Source: Isurus oxyrinchus (lineage: Eukaryota). From it: DNA of 64,000 nt. The notes under the pieces were generated by a model. The model worked only from the letters and a program-made list of their open reading frames with translations. It was not told where the DNA came from and did no database searches. This document shows, one piece after another, positions 37,730 to 50,445 of this stretch (position 1 is its first letter; every line of letters starts with the position of its first letter). The stretch lies in NCBI GenBank assembly GCA_026770705.1, contig JANJGN010000038.1, positions 4,216,001-4,280,000 on the forward strand, given 5' to 3'. Made by a program: the position numbers and the translations under genes.

Positions 37730-39230
37730 TGGAATTAAACAGGAAACGATGGAAATACTCAAGATATCCGGCAGCATGTGACCTTTCATCAGATCAGGCA
37801 AAAGTTACAGATGGAACAGTTTTAATGCAAGTGTAGAGGCAAAAAACGGATATAGGGGAAAAAGGTTCAAAAGGAGATGCTTCTGGTAAATGGGAAAACA
37901 GGAGAAATCAAATGACAAAAACAGTGATGGTGGAAGTCAAAGTGGAACAAGGAAAAGCAGAAGAGGAATGTCTAAAAGATGGCAAACTGTTTATAACAGA
38001 ATCAAAATCAAGAAATGTTTTCCCAACGCAATAACAAAGAGCAAAGAAGGAAGAAAAATACAGTGGGTGTGATCACGATTGTTGAAATTTATGGAAAATC
38101 CAAAAGCCTAGAAAGTGCCTTAAGGAAATATGAGATTTTACTCCTGGAGCACAGGTTCCATTTCCTTGGAGCAGTAGGAGGGTTCAATCACAGTCATGTC
38201 AAAGTGAGAACGGACAGATAATGAGGGTGACAAGTGACCAGAAGATCACACTTGTGGACCGAATGGATATACCTGAGAACTTATCACCAATCTACATTTA
38301 ACCTCCAGAATGTAGAGCAGACGGCATATTGAGCAGTGAACAGGGTATACTCAATGGACAGAAGTTCAAACAAATAGATTTTCCATTTAGAAGCATTGTT
38401 TGGGACGTAGGACAGAGAGAAGGGCAGGGAGGCAGGGGCAGGCGTTGCATGTTCATTGCGTGCATGGGAAGGTTCTTCGGAAAAGGAAGGGTTGGATTGA
38501 TTTTGGAGGAGGCAAGTGCGGAGTGGAGCAAAGACCCATTCTCAATGTTAAAGAGTAGAAGTGAGTTGGGCATATTGGGCAGTGACAACATGCCGGATGA
38601 GTTTGAAAATGCAGAGGTGGACCAAATGATACTAGAGATGTGTGGAATGGTAGGCAAGGGCAAGGAGAAGCCTATTGTGGAAACTGGAGGGGGAGAAGGT
38701 GTGAAAGCAGAAGTGTGAGACATGTTGCATGCCCGGCGCTGGGTTCTGTCAACCACAGTGCGCTGGAAATACTCGGCTGAAGTAATTGCATGCTCTATTG
38801 GAGAAAGCTAGAAGGGATAATCGAACATATTCAGCAGAAACTGAGATTCTGAGAGAACGGAAAAGTTCCTTTCCAGTAAGCGAGGTGCATGGATGTGTAT
38901 TCAAGATAACTGGGTGTTGGTGAGCTTCTGTTGAATATTGGGCCATAGCCAATTCCCCGATGTGTCCACATCAAAGTGGCAGAAGGAAATATAAATTTCA
39001 AACATGGAGCAAGTAAGGGCATGGGGAAGCTTACATTCCAAAGCAAACGTAACCTCATTTTCCAGTTCAGGGGTTGAACGAGATCAATACTGATCTGGTC
39101 ATGAATATACCAGGCAAAAGTGTGATGGAGGTGCCTGAGTGGGACTGGATCAATAATTCTGCTACAAATCCATCTAAAAGCCAAACAGAAATAGGACACA
39201 AGCCAATACCCATAGCATTGGTGTTTCATT
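37730..39230 (-). mobile_element. Old Penelope-like element (GIY-YIG/RT remnant)
   Basis: Decayed LYI.E...RL.D-like segment at ~38280-38315; similarity to 63780-63980; ctgatgaaaggtc remnant near 37785. Confidence 0.5.
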
Positions 39231-39371
39231 TACAGAGTTAATTGAGACACGTTTCGTCGTGAGTTGACATCCAAGCAGGCAGAGAGGCTGATGATGGATG
39301 GCTACTGATTGGTTCCTCATTCCAGAAGGGAAAGGGAGCCACGTTACACGTGATCCGTGTTCACACGGGCT

Positions 39372-39491
39372 GAAAAATGATCAAGAGTGAGAACTTTGTA
39401 ATGTTTTCCTGCGGAGTCTAAATACATGGACGAAAAATGATCAAGAGTGAGAACTTTGTAATGTTTTCCTGCGGAGTTTAAAGCCATGGAT
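39372..39491. repeat. 60-bp tandem duplication
   Basis: gaaaaatgatcaagagtgagaactttgtaatgttttcctgcggagt occurs twice at an exact 60-bp offset. Confidence 0.95.
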
Positions 39492-39644
39492 GCTCATGCA
39501 CAGTGCTCACTTTCACAATTACAATGGCTTATTTGACTTGTTATTTAAATTTTAGGAAAAAATGCAACTTGGACCGTACTCTCCTGTCTGATTATTTCAA
39601 TTTGGAGCCGCGCCAGTGTCCTTGAAAACAGATTCCATTCCATC

Positions 39645-39763
39645 AAAAATATAAACGTGAGCGTGGCAGCAGCTGCACTAAAATGTTTTTTTCAGTTAGT
39701 TTAATTAATGTAAAAAGCCAAACCTTCTCATTGTCTCCCTAGAGTTTGACATCATGTATAAAT
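39645..39763 (+). promoter_or_regulatory. Core promoter of GPCR B (E-box CAGCTG, CRE-like TGACATCA 39747-54, TATAAAT 39757-63)
   Basis: TATA box ~45 bp upstream of the ATG; block conserved in paralog C (58099-58230, minus strand). Confidence 0.65.
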
Positions 39764-39804
39764 GTAACAGTCTTTCGGTGTAGCACAGAGCACACTTGGA
39801 GCTT

Positions 39805-39883
39805 ATGAGAGAAATGCATGGGATACCAAAAGGTCTGGTGTTCGCCATTTACTATCCCGTTCTTGCAGCTATCGGTATTCCAG
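39805..39883 (+). CDS. GPR139/GPR142-like GPCR gene B, exon 1
   Basis: MREMHGIPKGLVFAIYYPVLAAIGIP followed by G|gtaaag donor, phase 1 (alternative start at 39814). Confidence 0.88.
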
Positions 39884-41130
39884 GTAAAGTATTAGGGTTA
39901 GTTACCAGTTACCAGAATCATTTTTCATTCTATCACTTCTTTAATTTAGCTGTACTGCTTCTCTAAGGTTCACCCCATTAAAAGGATAATTTGTTTTTTT
40001 TATAATGTTTTCCCCTTTTTGCAGTATCCTTATCTCCACGTTTAGTGCATTCTTCTTTTAAATGAGATTAAACCTTCCCTTTCCTTGCAATATTACTGGT
40101 CATTACTGGTCTCTTTTCTCCACTTTAAGGCTATAACTTTTCCCCTTCACGAGAACAGTTTCTTCCCATTGCCACTATACTTACTTCCATGTCAGGGATT
40201 ACTATGTTTGCTTCGCCAATGCCGTTTTATCTCTTTAACTAAAACTTTTCTCCCAACTTAGCAGTGCCGCCTCTCAGTCTAAACGTAATTAGATGTTGTT
40301 ATTGTCATTATTAACGTGGGCGAAGTATTTAGCACACTAATATCACAGTGCAATGTAAATCAATTGTATTATTGACACTGGCACCATGGATGATTTATCA
40401 CGCTGTAAATATAGCTCTTTGGTGTTATTGACAGAGCTGTTCAATTACCTCACTTTGCCATGTGCATATATTGCTCCTTGCGCTGGAATGTGAATAACAG
40501 CTATTTCTTAAGTAAGATTTTGTACTCACGACCAGTCCTCAGTCTTTTGTTTTAGCTGAAATATAGCATATCGGGCAGTGCAACGTTGCTGAAGTCCAAC
40601 AGTTGGGCTTGAACGCTAAACCTTTTGACTCAAAAGTGAGATTGCTGTAAACTGAGCCATAGTAAGCATGATCAGCTTTACTCGTGGCTGTGAAGCCTTG
40701 TTCCTTTGACTTCGAATTGTTACAGCTCAGATGCATCACATCTCCTTCATCTTCTTTTCAGTTAAGTAGTAGCTTTTTTTTTGCTGAACTTTTTTCAAGC
40801 TCTATAATGTATTTGTTAACCTTCGATTTTCCAATGTTTCAGAGTATTGTTATATTTTCCCATCTCTAAACGTTGAATGAGAACAACATTGACTGTATTT
40901 CAGGGTCACAATGCAGGACGTTCAATGTTCACCTTGAGTTAGCCCTTAGTGTTGCTGACAGTACAGAACAGATTGCCGTGTTTTAGGATATTTTCCTCCA
41001 GATCATCTTTCTGACATGCTAACTTGTTCCTCTCTTTTCAACTGCTGCCTGACTGAGAATTTCCAACATTTTATGTTCTAAATTTCTTTCCCAAAATTGG
41101 CTATTTGCTGGCTGCGTTTCGCTGTCACAG

Positions 41131-42041
41131 CTAATCTGGTCGTGATTGTGATACTGACTCGAGGAAGATGCGGTCTCTCCAAATGTATCACTTACTATTT
41201 GATGTCCATGGCCGTGACGGATCTTCTTGTCGGGATCACAGTAGTGATATTAAACCAGATTATAGGTATTTATTTCCCGTTCAGTCTCCTGGCCATCACT
41301 CCGGTCTTCAGCCTCAGACTTGTGCTAAATTATGGAGTCATCGATTCTTCTGTCTGGGTAACAGTGGCTTTCACCTTTGACCGATTTGTAGCCATTTGCT
41401 GCCAGAAGCTGAAAATTAAATATTGCACTAAGAAAATGGCGGCTGCGGTGATAGCAACTGTCTCTGTACTTAACTGCGTTAAAAGCATTCCCTTGTATTT
41501 TAGGTGTGAGCTTGCCTTTATCATTGACAATATACCCTGGCAATGCAATTCAAAATCAATATTTTATACGGCACCTGAATGGGTCGCTTATGAAAGCATA
41601 ATTGCCGTTTTAACCCTTTGCCTCTCCTTCGTCCTTATTTTACTACTCAATGCTCTGACCATCAGACACATTGTAACGGCCAGTCGAGCCCGCAGGAGAC
41701 TCCGGATCCAGAGCAATGGAGAGAATCAAAGTGACCCAGAGATGCAGAAAAGAAGGAAGTCCATCGTTTTGCTCTTCTGTATCTCGGGCAGTTTCATCCT
41801 GTTATATTTGTTAAGACTTATAAACTTCCTCTATGTCCGAATTGCGAATCTTAGCTATGCAGACTCTACCAATTTCAATGAATCAAATTTTCTTATGGAG
41901 GAAATCGCACGTATGCTTCAGCTCCTGAATTCTTGCATCAATCCGTTTATTTATGCAGGGACCCAGAGTAAATTCAGAGAAGAGTTAAAGAATGGTGTGA
42001 AATTCCCATTGAATCTGCTTGTTAAATTATTTAAAAGATGA
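41131..42041 (+). CDS. GPR139/GPR142-like class A GPCR gene B, exon 2 (spliced product 329 aa, intact)
   Basis: gtcacag acceptor; with exon 1 gives seven hydrophobic segments, TM2 MAVTDL, AFTFDRFVAIC, TM7 NPFIY and helix 8 KFREELK; 79+911=990 nt open frame. Confidence 0.93.
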
Positions 42042-42045
42042 TATC

Positions 42046-42051
42046 AATAAA
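42046..42051 (+). terminator. Candidate polyA signal of gene B
   Basis: AATAAA 4 nt after the stop codon. Confidence 0.35.
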
Positions 42052-43989
42052 ATTCAATATGAGTCATAATGTGTGTTCCATCCATTGCTGCTTCTGTTTA
42101 TCTCACACAAAAGTTTTGTCTCCCGGAAGCAGCGTCATTTTCTTTGAGTCCCTTTTCCTCCGTGTGAATTTAACAATGTATAAAGAACGTTGCCTGCTCC
42201 CTGTTAGTTTTTAGTTGTCTTCCTCGTGCGAGCAGGGTCCTGGTACATCCACACCAGACGCCAGGGCCTTGGAAATCCATGTAGGAGACAGAGAGTCCGG
42301 CTTAGATCTGATATTGGATACCAAAATTTAACAATTTAAGGTAGGAACCTCAATGTTATTGCTTTGTGTGGTTTATACCTTATAGGTAAAAGGCGTTCTG
42401 AAACGGTAACAAATGCTGCTCCCATGCATTGTTCTCAACTCACTAGTCACCGCTTCACACTCGCTAACCCTTGTCATTAAACATAGGAATAAGGGGCAGG
42501 AAAAAATGAACAACAGTAATTCGCCTTCTACACTTTCAACCGGACAATTACGATGACATTTCCAGTATTATCAAACAGCATAAATCGAGTCTAACTACAG
42601 TGTCTTATTTTCAACGGGCATCAATCGTGAACAACAGAATTATTAAAAATCACTCATCAAATGTAATGGCAAATTCAGAATTTTATGGCCCCTCTCGGCG
42701 GCGAGATTTTTTGGTTCTGCCAAAGCCAATGAGCTTTTGAATGACTCGTCACACTTTACAGCACTGCCGCTCCCCACTGACCATGCACAAACACATTTCT
42801 TGCCATCCTGATAGCCACAAAATCTCACGCCAGAGAAGTTATTGGCTGCTCATTGCAACAGATCATTATCCCAATCTCGGGTGAGTACTGCACATGAGCT
42901 TGGGGTATGGCAGTTCTCCTGCTCCCCAAATGCAAAATGCAGCACAGGTCTCAATATTTGTCATTGTTGCCAGCGGAAGATCGTGAGTAAGGAAGTAATT
43001 ATTTGTTATACCTCGAAAGGTCTTTCAATGTCGAGGTGGAAACTGATGCATTAGCCTTCGCTTTATATGCCCTTTGTCCAGATTATTAAATAACCCCAGA
43101 TGTGATTAACATCATTAGTAAGAACATAATTGAAATTCTGCTGCTACTTGAAATTTCACGCATCTGTCAGCAATTGAAATGCACGACTGAGTCAGTCGCC
43201 AACTACATATCATTTGAAAGGTTTTTCCTACGTCTACCTCTTGAACATAACGGACTGCGAGAAGAAGAAACAACTGTTAACATCTTCCCTAATCCATGCA
43301 GCATGTGAACGACTTCTTCTCAGTGGGAATGTATCGATTAATGTGCAGGCAGGCTGAGGAAGCGAGTCCCGTCCTACAGTGTCCTCATTTGCAATGTTTC
43401 GCAGTATACCGCATCCTTGTGCTACTGACGTTGGATGATTTGTTGAAACTTTGTCCAGTCATTGAAAACGTGCAAGACCTCTCGCCACTGTGAATGGTGC
43501 GATGCGTTTATTTATTCATGCTGTGCTAACTAGTTAAAACGTTGTCCACATCCATTGCATTGGAGCACTCTCTGTCCAGTGTGCATCACATTCTTTTTGC
43601 TGTCACACTATTGAAATATAGTCATACTTACTATACTGGCGACCATTTTTCCAATCTGCTTGGTGCTGTTCTATGCCTCCTTGGTCCCTTCTCGCTGCTT
43701 TGCAGAAATTGCTGACTATAGCTGGTTTCTGGTTTCAGTTATGCATTTACCAGTGCAATTTTGGATCCTATCCCGAAGTTGTTGACCCATAGCAAAAGAA
43801 GAAGGATATTCTGGTCCGAGAATCTTCCCTGTCCTTCAATTAGTGCATTGCTAATATGCAGAATGTCTCCATTTGGACACCTTAGTTTAAAGCAGTTGGT
43901 ACCAAATCCTATCAATCTCAGTTTTGATATTTTCAATTGAACCCTAGTCTCTATATCTCGTTGGTAGACAATTGCCTTGGTGTATGTTG

Positions 43990-44400
43990 GAATAGTGGTC
44001 AGGTTCATGGTTTAGTAAATCTGAAGGCAAGGTTAGTGATTCAGGGACGAAAATCTATATCCCACCACGTCAACTGATGAACATAAATTCAGTTCACGAA
44101 AGTAAGCTGAAAATTAAAAAAGAGCAATTATGAATGATGACCATGAAACTACAGAATTCTCATGAATTAGCACAGTCCGTTTCATTCATTTACTTTCATG
44201 AAGGAATTCAGTTGTCTTTCCCAAGTTTGGCCTCTATGTGACGCTACGCCCAGGGAGATGCAGTGGAGTGACAACTTCCCCCTTAACTGGCCTAGCAAGC
44301 GGGAGAAAATATTTGAAAATAGAACCGATGGAACACCCGGCATCGAGCTAAGCACCAGAAACAACAAAAAGACAGTCAGCTCTGTCGATCCTGTAAAGTC
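43990..44400 (+). mobile_element. HE1-related SINE
   Basis: atcccaccac.., gatgaccatgaaact and tggcctctatgtgac body shared with 54001-54288, but with a different 3' tail. Confidence 0.55.
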
Positions 44401-45719
44401 TTCTTCACACACATGCGGATGCATGAGATCTGCCCCAGAGAGCATTCAGGCAACAGGCTGACATAATCATATTTTGAATTGTACTGTTCAGCCAATATTC
44501 CAGGTTTCTATCACCATTCAGAGTTAGGTTCGGCCATACCGCGGAAAAAAAAATCTTAAAGTGTTGGGCGTTTTTGTCCGCAACTAGAAAGTGACCTGCA
44601 CCAAACTGGCCCAATGACAATTAAATAATGATTAAGTTCAAATACCTCTTTGATGTTTATTTAGAACAATTAGATCTCCTGACATTAAATAAACTTGTTA
44701 TCTTTAAAAGAGCCGAACCTTTCCACTCAAAATGAATGTCCATATTGATTGGTTAGTTTCTCTGTCATTATCAAACAACCTACCATTTCCGTTTGCATAT
44801 TTGCTGTTAGTCTTGGAGCCGATGCAATTATGCTGCAGGACACCCATCACAAAACATGTGTCACACTTTGTTACAAATACATAAGAATTTTTTATAAACG
44901 AGAGTTCTGGCGAAGGAACAAGAAGCTGAAACTTAAAATAAAAAGTAATTATCCTCTTGGTTGGATTTGTGCATTTTGAGAAATTGCTATTAAAGTGGAG
45001 GTTTGGTTAGCAGTTACATGTAACAATTGTGTTTCACCTCTGAGACGACACGTAAACTTCAATGCCCTATATCTAGCTTAGTAAACTTACAGATCGACTT
45101 CCATTTCAAAGTCTTTTCTTAATTACATGTTCATTTGAACTTTGTGAAATTAAGAAGACTTCATGATTTAAATTAGTGTGTTTTCTATGATCGGCTGGAG
45201 TCTACAAAACAGGGATTGGAAATTATATGTAGAAAAGCAAACACAGGTTAATAAATCAATGAAATAGAATTGCTCTGTTTTAAGCCACACCTTGGTCCGT
45301 ATCTCATCTCGGTTTAATGATGTGCTTGAATCCCTGATTACTGTAATTTTTACACTTAAGGTATTTGAACAAAGCGTTGGTTGTAAAAAGTTATACTGTA
45401 ATTAAGCCATTAGAGCCAGTAATCACAAGCTGAAAAAGATGAAAGTAATTCAAAGGCAATAATGTAACATGGAAAGAAATCTGAAAATCTCATAAAGAAA
45501 CAAAAAGAAAAAACGCTGGAAGTTATCAATCGCATCACCAGCTCCTGGACAAAAACATACTCACCGAACTGGGTACAATACACAGGGGCCTGTGACTGTG
45601 CAGAGTCTATTTTAAAATAATTATGTATAAATAACATTTAAAGCAGCGGTAATATGATCCTTTTCTAGTAAACTTCTAAATAATCCCTTGCGGAGCTCTG
45701 ACGAATGTTCCCTGCAGAG

Positions 45720-45995
45720 AGCGCATTGTTCAATTTATGGGTGAATCAACATTATTTTTAGGGGACAGTGAAGATTGCATTCAGGGGACGTTAATGATTG
45801 AACTTAGGAGAAGATGATCATTGTAGTTTGGGGACATTCAAGGATTGTATTTAGCAGCCAGTGATCATTATGGTTATGGTACAGTGGTCATTGTTTTAGG
45901 GGACAGTGAAAATTGTATTGGGGACAGAGATCATTCCATTTACAGGGCAGAGAGCATTGTATTTAGGGTCAGAGCAGACTATATTCAGGGAACCA
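45720..45995. repeat. Degenerate ~23-bp minisatellite
   Basis: About 11 units of consensus attgtatttaggggacagtgatc. Confidence 0.7.
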
Positions 45996-45999
45996 TTGT

Positions 46000-47130
46000 C
46001 ATTCACACCGAACTTCCGAATTCGTTATGTGGGGGTGGGAGGGGTTGTGCACGGGGAGTGCCCAGAAGATGCTCCCGGGGCCCCCACAGGAATTTCTCAT
46101 GTAAACATTACACAGATATTGCACAGGAACTTCAAACTTCCGATGGGAAATTATCCTGGATGCCTTGGAATTGCAGAACATACGTAGCTCCACCACTCTG
46201 AGCAGAATAGGTATCCAGGAAAAGTTAGGGGATTTGAAATAATTTCCTACTTTCCGATTCCCCACTTGACCCCCAATATTCCCCTCCACCATTCCTCACT
46301 CGGTTGCCCTGATTATCCTCCTGACAGCCCGACTACCTTCCTACCCCGGACTACAACCCCATCCCCCTGAATAACCCGACTAAAAAAACACCACCCGATT
46401 ATTCCTCCCTCCACAAATCGTCTCGCCCACACCTCGACTGAAACCCGCAGACACAAAATACCCCTGGACTAATTCTACACCCTCCGACCCATCCTACCTA
46501 CTCCATCTATCCTAATCCCAAAGTATCCTATTCCCCGGAACGATGCTACCACCCTACCCTTCCTATCCCATTCCACCTACCCTAAACCCGGGACCATCCT
46601 ATGCCCCTGACCGATACTGCCCCACTCAACTCATCCAACCAGGCAGCCACAGATTACATCACTGAACTATCCTACCATACTCCACCATTCTACCCCTGAT
46701 CCATCCATCCCGAATGGCACACCCAACCCCACTCGCCCCGTCCTACCTCCAACCCATCATACAGCACTCCAAGTATCATACCCTGAAGCACCCGATTCTC
46801 CTAGCCCAACCTACCCCCCTCAACCCATCCTGCCTCCAAGGACTATCCTACAGTCTGGACTATTCTAACCCACTCGACCTATACTACCCACTCTACATCC
46901 CCAACCCAGCAGACAGCCTGAATCAGCCAACCCGCCCGAACATTTATGCCCCGAGCTATCCTGCCCCACTTGAACTGGACTACAAGCCCGACCATTCCTC
47001 AACTGCCGACGAAACCTACTCCTGACACAAGTTACACTACGTCAACTGTTCACAACACCTTACACATTCTGTCAGTTCAAAGCATCCTACCTCACGCCGG
47101 CTTTTCTAATCCTGATCTACCCTTCCCCTG
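46000..47130. mobile_element. Half copy (core plus C-rich arm) of the foldback-like element at 50445-51980
   Basis: gcagaataggtatccagga (46202) matches 51422 and the reverse complement of 50961-90; followed by cccgactac-type repeats. Confidence 0.6.
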
Positions 47131-47132
47131 AC

Positions 47133-47782
47133 ACATCCATTGACTAGAAACTGAACTGGGTTAGCCATCTAAACACTGTGGCTACAAGAGCAGGTAAGAG
47201 GCTAGGCATCCTGCGTCGATTAACTCACCTCCTGATTCCCCAAAGCGTGCCCACCACCTACTTGGTGCAAGTCAAAAGTGGAATTAAGTACTTCCCACTT
47301 GCCTGGAGGAGTGCTGCTCCAACAACGCTCACGAAGCTTGAGACCATCCAGGACAAAGCAACCCGTGGGATTGACCCCCCATGCACAAATATTCACTCCC
47401 TCCACCACCGGTGCACAGTGGCAGCACTATTTGTCATCTACAAGTTGCAATGCAGGAATTCACTTTAGACAGCACCTTCCAAACTTCCGGCCACTACCTT
47501 CTTGAATGACAAGGGCAGCAGATATATGGGAACTCCAACAACTGGAATTTCCCCTCCAAGTCACTCATCATACTGACCTGGAAATATGTCGCTGTTCCTT
47601 CAATGTCCCTGGGTCAATATCCTGGAACTCCCTCCCTAACAGAAACATAGGTGTACCAACACTACATGGACCACAGCAGTTCAAGAAAGCAGCTCATTAA
47701 CACCATGTTCTCAAGGGCAATTACGGGTGAGCATTAAATACTGACTGGACCTGGGACACCCATATCCATGAATGAATAAAAA
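47133..47782 (+). mobile_element. HER1-like LINE 3' fragment
   Basis: Collinear with 11785-12435; ends in catgaatgaataaaa. Confidence 0.8.
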
Positions 47783-49399
47783 TACTATTACAGAAGCATC
47801 ACTTTACCCTTTGACTTTTTAACTGATATTGTGCCTAATTGTGACGAAGTACTGATATCAGATTCTAACATTGATGGAGTAAATGATGCTTTGGTCAGTT
47901 ACGTTGAATGACCACATGTGTTGGGCTCCATATCCTCTTCCAAGTAATTGACCAATTTCCTTTTGAAGGATTTTCTGCGGAGTGCTCGCACAGATTACCT
48001 GAATAAACAAACTTTCCTGATGGAAAGACACGAAGAGTTGGGCTTGTGATTCTTATACAGTTTTCGACATATGCAGTGTTTACTTGTGCAATTGAATTCA
48101 TACCAAAGAGCCAAAAGTCGTTTTTTTCTGATCAAGAGGGTTTTCATTACTCTGAATGGATATGCACAACGTAAGTCTATTTACTGTACCATGAACTGAG
48201 GCTTTAACAGAAAAGGAGAAAAGCTTTGCTACAGCTATACAAATTAGATTACATGCTGGATTACTTGTATAGTTCTGGGAACGGAACATTAGAAATGATA
48301 AACATTGGTCTGGAAACAGGCCGGCACTGATCTACCAGAATGCTTGGAAGGTTTTAATATTTAGACTCAGGCGCCATGCCAGTTAGTACAGCAGGACAAC
48401 TGTTGGTTTCCGCCTGGTGCCTCAGCTTGTAATGAATTTCAGGATGTTAGAATCTATGTCCAGCAAATGTCCAAATGTATAATTACTTTTACTCAATCAT
48501 TAGTAATGCCATGCAAATTCAAACAACTATACTCAGTATCTGTACTATGATACAATGTTTAAAATCAAAGTTGTAATATTTGTATTCTCATTTTGAAATT
48601 AGGCACTCTCCACTTTGCAACACAAAATGAGTTGTAAACCTGGCGGAGTTGCACCATTTTTTGCAGCGAAGAAACAACTCCGGCCTGGAGTGTTGCTTTC
48701 AAAGGTCAGTTGTGATCGGTTGATCAGGAGTAATGTGTGTATCTGTGTAAACAGCAAGCAGAAACATCTGTCCAATTGCAACCCATATTCAGCCTTACAC
48801 CACCATCTTTAGTCAGTTAACTTTTTGTGCATTGCGCATTATCACAGCCCATCTCACCCCATTCCTTCACTTCTAATCTCCGCCTCTATAGCTGTTCTCG
48901 ACCAGTGGACACGTGAATTTTCCAAAACCTGATGCGAAATCTTAACTCTCAGCCCTCGTTTCATTCTTTCAATCAAGACGTAATTCATGCTAGTTTTGAC
49001 AATTCGCATGATATCAAGTGTTGTGACTAGCCAATCTGGTAACTCGTGTTTTCTTTTAGTTTTAGTAATAATAATTGATGTGGGGAAGCATGGATTTGTG
49101 TAGTGGGTAAACAATAATTACAATTCACTGGATAGTCCATGTCTGCATAAAGAGGCCAGATCTGCCAGTGTGAAATCCTTAAAAAATAGGCAGCTTTTCA
49201 TGGTGTGGACGTACTATCTGCAGTTGTCTTCATAAGGGGTTCAAGTAGTCATGCAGCTTCCAGATCAAAGAAGCTAAAAGTGCCAGAGAAGGCATTAGGG
49301 TTTGTGTATTAGACAGGCCCCGGTTTTTGGGCCACATCACTTTGTTTAGGCTGATTTCCTTTTTGTGTCATAGAGGCCCCAATGTCCAACGGGTTCTGC

Positions 49400-50445
49400 T
49401 CCCTCTCAAGCCTGAGGGAATACAAATTCTAGCGAAAGCTTGTAGAACTTCTGTTCAATAGTATGTCTATATCAGATCTGCATTGGTCCCAATCTCTCGG
49501 AATCGTTCTCATGTTTTTTGCCCGGATCAGCATAAGAAGGCCGACAAGATTTTGTCTCGATGGTGTTTATGTGCCATATATTTCCCGGCCTCTAGGAATT
49601 AGCCTATGGTTGTGCCAACGGCAATATCAGTGTTATATATCGGCTGTGCAACTGGCGGGGGGTGGGGAGGCACTTTACTCCGTGCCTAACCAGAGCTGTA
49701 GAGGCCTGGGAATATTTTATGTGATATGTAAAGAACGTATTCTTCCTCAAACATTGTGCTGCATTAACCTCTGAGGAAGAGTGCCTTTATTATTTAGAAC
49801 GACCCGACGCTGACTGTGACAGATCAGAGAAGTCACTGAATTGCTCTTCGCCGTTCCATCATTCTGCTTCTGGTTTTTACCATAAAAGGGAAGGGGTAAA
49901 CATCTCTTTACACGGGTGGGGCGTTGTGTGGGGAATCGTTCTTTGACTGAAGGGCCTCGAGTTCAAACACTTCGCAGACTGGAATCGTGATAAATACCAG
50001 TCGGGAAAGGAGGAAAACGTGAAATAGGGAAAATGCAGCCATGTCGATGAAGCGAGGAGAAATGAATTCAGCAAAGTCATACTTGGTGCAATTATCATTG
50101 AAGATTTATTAACAATTTCAGGGCATGTTTTGTAGACATTATTCATTTAAAAGTCACAAAAGTGAATGTATCGTTTGAGCGTCACATTGAGACAACCCCA
50201 TGTGCTCTGAGCTGCCAACTGTAAGTAGAAGTGTAACATAGGCCAGAAAGAGAAAACAGAAATTTAGCATAAAGGGAAGAGGAGAACAGCGAAAGAAAAT
50301 ACATAGTTACAAATGCAATTCAAGCTATAGTGAAATTATAAGCTAGTTATTTTAAAATAATAATTATCTCGCGAATTTCAGACAGAAAGGTGGAAATACT
50401 GTCCACGAATGTCTCAATTACAGATTCAGAATCATAAAATGAAGA
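49400..50445 (-). repeat. Third, more diverged copy of the IgH-TM 3' flanking block; TM exons absent
   Basis: aatagggaaaatg.agc..tgtcgatg, gaattcagcaaag.cata, tgagcgtcacattg and cagaaagagaaaacag are shared with 61580-62100. Confidence 0.7.

Noticed and set aside
36919-40350. Isolated CACAGTG heptamers (~36920, ~36956, ~38754, ~39499, ~40344) as D/J RSS
   Set aside because: No nonamer at 12 or 23 bp spacing and no J-type FGxG or WGxG coding sequence
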